Source of the DNA: the human T2T-CHM13v2.0 reference genome, Homo sapiens
Strand: one strand, 5' to 3'
DNA length: 64,000 nt
Assembly (NCBI RefSeq): GCF_009914755.1
Contig: NC_060941.1
Shown: in pieces, positions 52,254 through 64,000 of the stretch
How the letters are laid out: each line of letters begins with the position of its first letter
How positions within the stretch are numbered: the stretch's first letter is position 1
Made by a program: the position numbers and the translations under genes
The notes under the pieces: model-generated
What the model saw: only the letters and a program-made list of their open reading frames with translations
What the model was told of the DNA's origin: nothing
The model's database searches: none

Positions 52254-52872
52254 GGAAATAGCTTTAATTCTTTCTGGCTTAGTCTTCTGCTGGAATGGTG
52301 GCTAGAAAGATAACACTATTAAGAACTGATGCTTGTTCAGTGATGGTTATGGACCAGACACTGCTACTAGTTGTCGGCATGAGTAGTCTCACTTAATTCT
52401 CCCAACAATGTTATGCACCTATGAGAAAGGTGCATAATAATGTCCCCATTTTTCACATAAAGGGACAGAGGCACAAAGGTATTAACCCTGTGACACTGTG
52501 GAGCCGAGACTGTGCTGTTAATTGGCTTCTGGTGCTGCCTCTGCCTGCTGATGAGTATGGCACAGTCATCACCGGTAAGGATGGCCCTACCTACATACAT
52601 ATAATAAAATGTGGAAATGTGACAATAGAGATATGTGCTCTGTGTTATAGCAACTCAGAAGAGGATATGCCTGATGCAGATGGGGGAGAGGGTGGTCTGA
52701 GAAAGTTTCCTGGATGAGGAAGTTGCTGAGTTGAGCCTTAAAAGACTCAACAAGCCTTGTATGACCAGAAGTCATGAAACACACAGAGGCAGGGAAGTGC
52801 ATCTGAGGCAGAGAGAAACACGAACCAAAGCAGCCAAGGGAAAACTATGCATAGTGGTGCATGAAGGGATCA

Positions 52873-53043
52873 ACACATTTCATCAAATTTAAGATGCATT
52901 GATTGCAAAATCACATATGTACCATGAAGAAGGAGAAAGGCCACCAAATTACCCTACGATTCATCATCAAATGAAGTATGCATCTTCGCTTCGGAGAAAC
53001 CAAAATGTGAAAAAATGTGCACCCTAGACTAACGAAATATGGT
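52873..53043 (-). mobile_element. MER104-like TcMar MITE
   Basis: Imperfect TIRs catttcatcaaatttaagatgc / ctagactaacgaaatatgg. Confidence 0.65.
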
Positions 53044-53068
53044 ACAAATAGTTTGGAGTAACTAGCAA

Positions 53069-53463
<395 letters not shown>

Positions 53464-53609
53464 TGAGCTCAGATTCACAGGATTTGGTGGCCGTTTGGTG
53501 TCTTCAACTTCTAAATAGTAAAAAGCGAAAGAGCTATACGATCTCAAGAGAAATTAGAGTATTGAACTTCTAAATAGTTGCTATTTATGGTAAGTAATGC
53601 TGGGTTATC

Positions 53610-54581
<972 letters not shown>

Positions 54582-55316
54582 GTTTTCTATTTATATGCTC
54601 ATGATATAAAGTTGTTTTAAAAATATCTAGTTAGATAGAGAAGGAGATAATCCATTTAATGGAAAAAATTAATTATAACATGTGGCATGTGGTCATAATA
54701 AATTTTGTGAAGGTAGATCTGATAAAATTAATGAAGAATAACAGGGTTTTGGCCTGGAGGTATAGATATTGGAGTCTTCATCATGGAAATGGTAGATGGA
54801 AATATAGGGAATGATGATTTCACCCAGAGAAAGTATGCAGACCTTAGCTACAAACTGATATTGACAATAAGAATCTCCAAAATGAAAAGGCAAAACATTT
54901 ACATTTATCCCAAGGTGGGAGAATCACCGTTAGCACAGAGTCTAAACAAAAGATCTCTTAGATAAATACATCTTGCGTTTCCTGAATTGACATTGTGAGC
55001 TCATAACCTAAGTTTTGCCAAATGAAGTGTGTCTGGCAGTGCAGCACGCAGACTCTTAGTGAGCGTGGGCATTTCAGGAGGTGGTAGAAAGACGGAGCCT
55101 GACTCATTAATCAGTGAAAGAATCAAAGAGCTATCTTTAGAATGAACGGACAGTTCTGAAATTCAGCTGATTTCCAAGGTCAGTGGGTCATATCCACAAA
55201 TATTTACTGAGCACGCACTCGGTGTCAGGTGGACTCAGGTATCAAGAAAAGACTCTTGGTGAGATTCCTGCCCCTCCCCCATCCAAACCCAAGCAGCCCA
55301 AATCCAGGGCCCTTAC

Positions 55317-55716
55317 ATGTGGACTTCATCCCATCTGATAACAGCAGCAATGATGTCACTTTGGCTTCTTGCCGAAGTCCTTCAAAACGCTCATGCACAG
55401 GAGCCGACTGGAGGACAGTCAGTTGTAAGCCTCATTGCTTGCCAAAAACGTGGGTGGCAGGCCAGGCCCGCTTCCTCAGATCACACTCAGAAAACTCAGA
55501 AATCCAAGCTGTCATCTGACATTCGACTAAAGAGTGTTTAGATTCCATGCCAGGCTTGTGTACTTGCTATGAGGTCTCTTTCCCTTCATGTGCAGACCTC
55601 TGTTCAGGAAGCCGATGTGACACCAGCCCCCGCAGAAACCACAGCTAATGCATGCTCAGGACCCCAGTATTCCTTTTGGAGGGGCAAGGAGTGTTTTGCC
55701 AATTTAGATAAAATAC
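55317..55716 (-). pseudogene. Fossil exon
   Basis: gtgctttag acceptor, gtaagg donor. ILSKLAKHSLPLQKEYWGP aligns without gaps to RGSL1 ILSHMQKVALFKLQSYWLP. The 3' part begins another RGS-like repeat. Confidence 0.8.
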
Positions 55717-55943
55717 CTAAAGCACCAAGTACCGAATCAAATTGTCTGATTTCTTCTAACTTAATCCATGAAGGGGAATAGGCTGCACAAATGCTTCCTA
55801 AAATTGTGAGTTTAAGAAAAAAAATTTGCATTTTAGAGAAACATGACACAAAGACCAGGTAAACTTAGGCTGAGTTTGCAAAAACAAACAGCCAGTTATT
55901 GCTATAAAAATGATTGAATCTTTGTATGATTAAAAGAAAACTA

Positions 55944-56110
55944 CAGATAGATAGGTAGGTGGATAGAAGGAGGGAAGGATAGATACATGGATAGATAGAT
56001 ACATGGGTGGATGGATAGATGGATGAATGGACAGATGGATAGATAAACAGGTACATGGATGGATGGATGGATGGATAGATAGATACATGATAGATAGATT
56101 GATTGATTAT
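55944..56110. repeat. (GATA/GGAT)n microsatellite
   Basis: Direct inspection. Confidence 0.9.
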
Positions 56111-57138
56111 GTCTAGCGTGGCCTGGCACTAATTACTAAAATGCAAGTCAATAAAAACATAGGGGAAAAGTCACTGAGTTTGGCCTCTTGAGATCACTGC
56201 TTCAGTGTGTGGCATGGAAACAGTCACTCAATTTCTTGAGCCTGTCTTGCCTCATCCATTACATGGGGGTAAGCATGTGGCCCTTGTGGAGTTAATAATA
56301 GTACCATGATTATTAATAGTAACTAAAATGCTGCTGGATATCAGGTATTAGATTAAGAATGTTATATAAAGACTCTCAATTGGTCCGTAAGGCAATCCTG
56401 TAAGGGAGACTATTTTACAAATGTCCTTTTCCAACAAGAAAAATGAGTCACAGAGAGGTTTCCTAAGTTGTCCAGAGTCACATCCCTGGCTAGTGGGGAA
56501 GTCCAGGTCCATCTCTACCAAAACCTATGTACATTTTCACCACTGTGTCTGAGACACTGGACATAAAAATGTTTGGGAAACTGCCAAGTGAAATATATAG
56601 CAAACGCATGCTAGTGAAATACATATCCAATGCATAAATATGTAAAATGCAATTCATTATCAACTAATAAGCACGTCTGGCCTGTGACTTGGCTTAATTC
56701 CAGGGAATGCCAAATTCTGGTGCATGTTTGTATATAACAAATTGGGCTGGAGCCCCAGAAGTTGCTAGGGAAAGGACTGAAGTTTGGGTGGTGTCTTATT
56801 CTGGGGAGCTACAGAGATGTTCATTTCTCATCCTGCTGTCCTTGGCTTCAGGGCAGGATCCCAAAAGGCAGATCTCAGCACTGGATGGAGAAGAAGGCAG
56901 TAGATTCAGCTTTCCTGCATTTGGAACTCAAAGGCAGTGATGTGAACCAATCATAGCATAGGAAGCAAACCACAACATGCAAAAATGCCACTGCAACCCC
57001 AAACAGGAATTATTAGAAAGGAGAGCAAGGAGCTTCTCACTGCAAATCACAGGGCTGCAGACATTAGGGGAGAGTGATGGAGCTCACTCTCCATACCCCC
57101 AGCCACACAAAGCCTCAATTTCATTTATTTCTGAGTTA

Positions 57139-57218
57139 TTAGGTTGGTGCAAAAGTAACTGGGGCTTTTGTCATTGCTTTTGATGACAAAAAACTCAATT
57201 ACTTTTGCACCAACCTAA
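57139..57218. mobile_element. MADE1 (Hsmar1 MITE)
   Basis: 80 bp; TIRs ttaggttggtgcaaaagtaa / ttacttttgcaccaacctaa. Confidence 0.95.
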
Positions 57219-57647
57219 TTTAAGAAGATCCTGAAAAGATACACACGTGCACTTTGGGAGAGCAGCTATCAGCACAGCAGCCTCATAGCCCAGGCAATTC
57301 AAACGTGTACAAATGTGTGCTGTGAATGCAGCTCCACTATTACACCTCACCACACCTCTATTATAAACGTAATGTTGCTATTTCCATTAGATGTTATTAT
57401 ACATTATAGGCCTTTGCCGTCACATATGAATAACAAATAGCAGAACTTGAATTATATGTATGTGTGTATGTGTGTGTGTGTGTATATATGTAAACATTAT
57501 AGAAGGTACCTCCTGACCATTTAAATGCATTTCCCTGGAGTTAGAAATGACAATGGGAAGCTACAGAATTCAACACAATCAACCCAGTTCATGGCTGTCC
57601 TGTTGGAGAGAGGCTTAGGTCCCTGTTCCCAGTTCTGCAGAACTTAC

Positions 57648-58157
57648 CTGCCCCATCTCTACCTCTGTTCTTTTTTTTTTTTTTTTTTTTTTTTTGGTGG
57701 GTGCTGGGGGACAGAGTTTTGCTCTTGTTGCCCAGGCTGAAGTGCAGTGGTGTGATCTCGGCTCACCGCAACCTCCGCCTCCTGGGTTCAAGTGATTCTC
57801 CTGCCTCAGCCTCCTGAGTAGCTGGGATTACAAGCATGCACCACCACGCCCTGCTAATTTTGTATTGTTGGTAGAATCAGGGTTTCTCCATGTTGGTCAG
57901 GCTAGTTTCGAACTCCTGACTTCAGGTGATCCACCCACCTCGGCCTCCCAAAGTGCTGGGATTACAGGTGTAGCCACCATGCCCAGCCCTCTACCTCTGT
58001 TCTAAGTCACCAATGGAAATGTGGAATTTTGTTCACCCATTCTTTCCCTTCTATCTTGCTCATCCTGCCCTCTGCTTCCTCTACCTTGGTTCAATCTCCA
58101 TTCTGTTCACTCAGAGACATCTATTCCAGATGGGCAGACTCGCCCTACATACTCAGC
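57648..58157 (-). pseudogene. Fossil exon interrupted by an Alu
   Basis: ttttctaaacag acceptor, CAG|gtaagt donor. The phase-1 join puts Trp ten residues after Gly, as in GTLGERYWWLW / GSAGEELVDFW. IW(+1)IDVSE resembles LWMDIE. Confidence 0.6.
57671..57988 (-). mobile_element. Alu (S-type), inside a fossil exon
   Basis: TSD ctctacctctgttct. Confidence 0.95.
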
Positions 58158-58766
58158 CTGTTTAGAAAACTCTTCCTTTTTCTGTGCTTGACTGAAATGA
58201 GGGAGCCTCCCATGACTCCTCTCTCAGAGCTACGACTCACTCTCATTCTGTGTATTTCAGGATTAAAGGTAAGACTTGCCTCTTTCACACTCCTTCCAGA
58301 GTTTAATAAATTATCCAACTTCAGGTAAAACTCTCTAGTTTCTTTAAGATTCATATCAAACAGCTATATCTTTTTTGCTGGTCTTCATTCTTTTTATTTA
58401 ATAATAATGTGATATTGAACATGTAGAGCTCACAGGTGTTCAAGGAACTATTTTATCTGTTTTTGTCCCTCTATAGTTCTTTCCCATCTTCTAAAAGAAG
58501 ATGTAATAGGAATAATTATAATAATCACCATCATACTGATTTTATTGTCACTATATTAATTCCCCATTATTCCAAAGTAATAAAAAGCCTTAGTCACATT
58601 AAATTACCAGGCATGAATAAATTCGATGGCTGAATAGAGTCTAGTTTCGATTCAGAAATTAGACCGTCTGGTCTGATGTAACGTGCAGAGCCTCCATCTT
58701 TATTCAAAGTCACAATGAGGCACCTTCACTCAGCTCCCACCCAGCCTGCTGAAGAAGGCTGCTTAC

Positions 58767-59078
58767 CTGCGAGAAAGTTCTTCAGAGACCATCCTCGCTC
58801 ACATCTGACTGCAGCCTGCTCCTCTGCACATTTTTGCAGCCCCTGGGAATCGTCACTCCTCCCTTAGCTGCTATCTTGCAGGCTCCGTGGCCCGTTCAGT
58901 CAGCCCAGTTGGACAGGACCCGATGCAACCAAACAACAGCTCTCTCTTTGGGGCCACCATATCCAGTCTGTGGAAAATGCTAGCTCAGCTTTTTCCCTGA
59001 CCAACTCTAGGAGTGCAGGCTGAAGCCAGTGCAGGCATCCCTCCTTTGGCCAGTTCATCAGCAATTAGCCCTTTAGAT
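58767..59078 (-). pseudogene. Fossil exon
   Basis: cttcctcctgtag acceptor, CAG|gtaagc donor. KERAVVWL resembles RGS22 REEGIKWI; the end, AVRCERGWSLKNFLAG, resembles RGSL1 CIGGVRGMWRFYSYLTG. Confidence 0.75.
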
Positions 59079-60135
59079 CTACAGGAGGAAGCGAGACCCT
59101 AGTACATGCTGTGTCTTCTACCACAGGGCTCACACAGGAAGCTCCCCATGTAGTTCTCTGGAATCCACATCCCCTTTTTTATGAATAGGGGGCAAGGGAG
59201 GACTTTGTGCATGGCTGTCTTTGGGGAAAGCCTTGGAACAAATGTCTTTCACTACAGGCAACAACCGATACTGCCATTTATTCTCTCCATATCTATAAGG
59301 AGTTTAAGGGCCATAGTTTAATTCTTATTTTTGTGTTGTTTTATATACTTTCTGTGATAATTTGCACTCACTCAGTTTTCTCAATTTGGAATCTGATACC
59401 TAATGTCTTAAGGTCTTGACCTCTTGACTAAGTATTTCCCACGTGACCTCATTCTCACAGAAGAGTCCTGTAATTCTAGGAGATAGGCATTTATGATGAT
59501 TTCCCACATGAAGAGAAGGAGAATGAAGCTTACAGAGCAGTAAGGTGGATTGTCCAAGGTCACACAGGAAGTGACAGAGCTGGACTTTACACCCTGTGTC
59601 TCAGACTTTGCAGCCTGGGCTATGACTATGCTGCTTTCTATTGCTTCTTGAATGTGTTGACTCTTCTAGGTCTTTCTTCCTCAGTCACTGAAGTCTTTAG
59701 CACAAGACTTACTGATTTTCTCCCTCTGCTTCCTCTACCCTGGAAGTTCTGTGATCTCAAATGGCTTCAACTTCCCTGTTGGCCCTCTATCCCATGGTGA
59801 CATCATCTCCCCAGCCTCAAAGGCCACCAATTTGACTCCTTGTGGCCACTCATGCTTGTGGCCATCATGTCCTGTCCTCACAGCCCTCCCCTTCAGTGGC
59901 TGTCACAGTACTGTTCCTCGGGTAATGTCTAGATCTCCAGTTCCTTGATACTTCTAATGCTTTTGCTCTATCAGTTCCCTCCTATGCTTTACCTCTTCCC
60001 CTCTCGAAACCAATGTCTTTCCAATCTTGCATGGCCAAGGTTTTAAAAAGAATTGGCTAATGTGCTTTTTCTACTCCTTTTGGTCAATTGGCAAATGCTC
60101 TCAATGGCCACTATAGTGGGATCATATTTATATTA

Positions 60136-60472
60136 TACTCATGTGTTGCTTAAAGGCAGGGACACATTCTGAGAAATGAGTCATTAGATGATTTCATCAT
60201 TGTGCAAACATCATGGAGTGCAATTACACAAACCTAGTTGTGTAATAGCCCACTATACACCTAGGCTGTATGGTACAGCCTATTGCTCTCAACCTTCAAA
60301 CCAGTACCACATGCAACTGTAATGAATAAAGTAGGCAATTGTAACTCAACGGTAAGTGTGTGTATCTAAACATAGAAAAGGTACAGTAAAAAATATGGTG
60401 TTATATTTGTGTCCATTGTCATATATGTGGTTTGTCCTTGACCAAAAAATCATTATTGCAGAGCTTGACTAT
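60136..60472 (+). mobile_element. Tigger3a/MER7-like DNA transposon
   Basis: ttctgagaaatg..tgtgcaaacatcat..acacctaggct..; ends gactata. Confidence 0.8.
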
Positions 60473-61259
60473 AATTCTTTCTTCATTAATCTCAGCTAAT
60501 ATATCTCCCTCTTAGGGAAGCCTTCCCTAAACCAATACAACTGGGTGGGGCACCTCTGCTAAATGCATCCATAATATCTGTACTTTCCCCCATCATAACA
60601 TTAATCCTCACTAGACAGTACATTCCTTCAGACAGGGATGCTGTTTTATGCACCAAGGGGTCCTCTTCACTTTATGTGGGAATTTGACACAAAATAGAGG
60701 CTCATGAAATACTTGTTGGATGGATAAAAGGATGAGCAATACGGGATTCAACTAGGCCAACAGAAAAAACCTATCAAGAGACAGGTAGAGGCAAAGCTTT
60801 TGAGAAGGCAGCTTTGTAGAATAGCCCAGATGGAAAGAAAGATGTGGAACTTGGCCCTGAGTCATGACTGGGCATCTTGCAGGAAGAAATTGGTGGTGAA
60901 ACATTAGTGAGCAGTTGTCAGGGCAATTTTTACTTCCCAGAGGAAAAAGGAAAACCAAAAGAAATGCCTCATGTTATTATTCATGAAAAGAGCTTAATGG
61001 CCAAGTGGGAACATTTGTTAACGAAAAACTGAAAGGAAGAGTTTAAAAGCTAAGACAGCCTGGTGACTATTTTAGAATAGCTTGCTAAAAGTCCAGGACA
61101 AATGCATGCCAAGGAACTAAAAGACCTGGCACTTTAAGGAAAACAACAAAAGCACACATACAACTCTTCATGGTCAATTGGCAAAATAAAATAGGTTTTT
61201 CTCCTTCCATTTTTCACAAATGGAAAGACAAGCTGAGTGAGGAAAACAGGAAGGCATAC

Positions 61260-61424
61260 ACTAGAAATTAGACATGCCCCCCAAAAAAGAATTTAGGGGA
61301 GTATTGGTAAGGGACTCCGAGGCTAAAAATAATAGACTCTTTATATCCATAAGAAGGGCAAGGTCAGCTAGATGCTCATGGAACTGGTTAAATGGATGTC
61401 ATGGAAAGGTGGAACTTGCAGAAA
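61260..61424 (-). pseudogene. Fossil exon, second copy of N-terminal motif
   Basis: tgtttgtag acceptor; LFLASESLTNTPLNSFLG aligns without gaps to RGS22 LATDDFLVDYFNEFLS. Confidence 0.5.
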
Positions 61425-61820
61425 CTACAAACAGCAACAATATAACAATAGAAAACTTTCGGTGACTACCAGCCATATGCCAGGCACTGTACCAAGGATT
61501 TCACATACAGTGCCTCATTTAATCCCCATAATTTACTGTTGTTGGTGTCCTTTTACAGATGAGGACACTGAGTCACAGAGAGAATAAGGGACAAAGTCAC
61601 ACAGCTGGCAAGTGACAGATTTGACAAATGAATGCAAGCCTGAGTCTAGAGTCCGCATACTCTGTGCCTTAGACTTTGGTAACAAATAACCAAACAGATC
61701 AGAGTTACTGGCCTAATTAATGGAAAACTCGCAAGATGAAACTGTCAAGGCAGACACAGACACTGCAGATAAAGACCAGATGGCATCCACATGAAAGTTC
61801 ATTGAAATTGACAAACAGGT

Positions 61821-62129
61821 AGACTGGGCACGATGGCTCACGCCTGTAATCCCAGCACTTTGGGAAGCTGAGGCGGGCGGATCACAAGGTCAGGAGATTG
61901 AGACCATCCTGGCTAACATGTTGAAACCCTGTCTCTACTAAAAAAATACAAAAAATTAGCTGGGCGTGGTGGCGGGCGCCTGTAGTCCCAGCTGCTCGGG
62001 AGGCTGAAGCAGAAAAATGGCGTGAACCCGGGAGGCGGAGCTTGCAGGGAGCCAAGAAGTTCCACTGCACTCCAGCCTGGGCAACAGTGCAAGACTCCCT
62101 CTCAAAAAAAAAAAAAAGAAAAAAAAAAA
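61821..62129 (+). mobile_element. AluY-like
   Basis: TSD gaaattgacaaacag. Confidence 0.95.
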
Positions 62130-62865
62130 GAAATTGACAAACAGACTCTGAGCTGGAGATGAACAATGTGATCTATGCCCTGCCCTGACTTTGCTTCCAG
62201 TCCCCAAACAAGCTCAGAGGGAACAGAGCAGTGAGTTTGGATCTTGGACCAGATAAATTAGTACCACCTATAACAAAGTTAGAGTCACTGAGTATTTAAC
62301 AACATATCACTTAGCCTAGAAAAAGCTACATGGTGTGTAAAAAAGAATGCATGCCTATCTTATCTACTAAAGCAAAGTCCATTAATTTCTCCCTTCAAAG
62401 GGTAAAAGAAAACTAATGACTTTGATAGATTTTGACATTATTTACTTGGCAGTTGAGACTTGGCCCTGTTCCAAAAGGGGCTTGAATAAAAGATGAATAA
62501 AATACAAGATAAATTAAAATAGAAAGCCATAAAAGAAAGGTAAGGATAGGGACAAAAATGATGACCAGAAATTGGGCTAAACTCTTGTCACATTGGTTCA
62601 CAAATTTAGATTCTAAGTTTAGCATGTAAAGCACACACACACACACGCACACATGGACAAAAAGAAACATTGCTAATTATACAATTTACAGTTTAAAGAG
62701 ATGAAAACAAATCAATTGCCCGGGAAAATCTATTTGCTATTGATAACTAGCATCAGGCAGGAATTTATATGGGGGATTCTGGTGAACTGGACCTTGTGTG
62801 ATATAACTAAAAACTTATCATCCTTACCATGAGCACAAAGAACAGCTCAAAAAGCTATTTCTTAC

Positions 62866-62956
62866 GTCTGTTCTCAATGAAGATGGAGAATATCAAAACA
62901 AAGTGTTGCGTTGAAAACCCCATGGTGGGAAAGACTCTGATGCCTTGGATACAATT
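62866..62956 (-). pseudogene. Candidate fossil exon
   Basis: tttttgacacag acceptor and gtaaga donor; protein similarity weak. Confidence 0.3.
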
Positions 62957-63232
62957 CTGTGTCAAAAATTATCATTTGTTAGAATTAGTAAAGAATTGTA
63001 AAATGGCTTAATTAGTTGTTATTTGACAGGCCAAATTAGGGGTAAGTTGTCAATTCTTTGAATAAAGCACTCTTATAAACGATCCAGGGGGACGAGTTCA
63101 GAGTGAAATTTTGGGGATTAGTGATGGTGGTAAGTGATCTGAGGTAGTATATTTATTCATTTGCTTATTGACTGAATACTTACTAGATACTGTTATACTC
63201 CAGGTAAGCATGGCATTAAGTACTGGGGCTAC

Positions 63233-63376
63233 ATGAGTCTTTATCTCCATGGACATTCCACTCTTGTTGATAAACTACAAGACTCTTTCATAGAGCTGGG
63301 CAAGAAAGCTGAACATTGTCAGATGCTTTTAATGAAAAAAGGCAGGGTGGTTGCCATTTGTGCGAGAGATGCATTC
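63233..63376 (-). pseudogene. Fossil exon
   Basis: gttttcag acceptor; ATTLPFFIKSI* resembles RGSL1 KCRLPFFCKT and RGS22 ERLPAFLES. Confidence 0.6.
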
Positions 63377-63599
63377 CTGAAAACCCAGCATCATTCAAGC
63401 CTAACTTTTTCCTAGGAACCAATGTAAAAGTGGAGTGAAGGAGCAAATTTAATTTTGGGACCATATAGTCTTACAACTGTGGTTAACATATTTTTGCTTT
63501 AAGACTGCTTTTTATTTTCTCAGCAATGTCTCTAATGCTTCCCTTAGTGCTCTCTAAAATTAACAGCACAGCACGCTTTGGTAGTTTGATCTACTGCTT

Positions 63600-63730
63600 T
63601 GTGGTTTATCACATCTAACATGTTCCTAAAAGTGAGCGATTTCCAGGCACAATTTTCAGCATCAGCTCTAGCACTGCGACATAGTGAATATGTGGATGAC
63701 TTTGTTAAAGAAGATATTTTTCAGGTTACA
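63600..63730 (-). pseudogene. Fossil exon, N-terminal motif
   Basis: NIFFNKVIHIFTMSQ, then (shift) DAENCAWKSL. Resembles RGSL1 DFFNTFLSLPVFGQ..VENSQWSL and RGS22 DYFNEFLSLPTFSE (recalled). 3' boundary approximate. Confidence 0.6.
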
Positions 63731-64000
63731 CTAGTAACAATGTTTATTAAATAATAAATTATGACAATACATATTAAGATATCAACATAATGATGATACA
63801 TATTGCTCAGGAATACTGATGCATGTTAACTGCAACATGCTTCATGGGATACTGACAAAAATGATATGTATATGTATGTATATTTATTTCCATGTAAATC
63901 TATACTCTCTTATGGCAATGTCATAAAAACTTTTTACAATTGAGTCTTCCAGTCAGTTTTGAAATTTTTCAATTCTCAGCAATTCAAAAAATAGGAGAGC

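Noticed and set aside
58261-58268. Plus-strand microexon-like signal (tgtatttcag GATTAAAG gtaaga); also 14184-14229
   Set aside because: Isolated splice-like signals with no supporting plus-strand gene structure.

Overview
Primate (human-like) genomic DNA: AT-rich, about 25 Alus, plus L1, L2, MIR, LTR and DNA-transposon relics. I see no intact protein-coding gene; most ORFs in the track are Alu, L1 or microsatellite artefacts. The main result is that the non-repeat sequence across almost the whole window (~3.6-63.7 kb, minus strand) reads as about 30 decayed exons. Many still have AG/GT splice sites. Their translations, allowing for stops and frameshifts, match motifs of the RGS22/RGSL1 family, with N-terminal motifs at the right end of the window and the C-terminal motif at the left. 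The fossil appears to have many more RGS-like repeats than RGS22 or RGSL1 and is too divergent to be either. I infer an ancient, intron-containing (unitary) pseudogene of a third, multi-RGS-domain family member. Comparisons were made by eye against RGS22/RGSL1 sequences recalled from memory and need HMM or tBLASTn confirmation. A second theme is eight short local templated duplications (19-370 bp, direct and inverted), several beside TA microsatellites. A possible decayed plus-strand exon of a convergent neighbour lies at ~1.46-2.25 kb.
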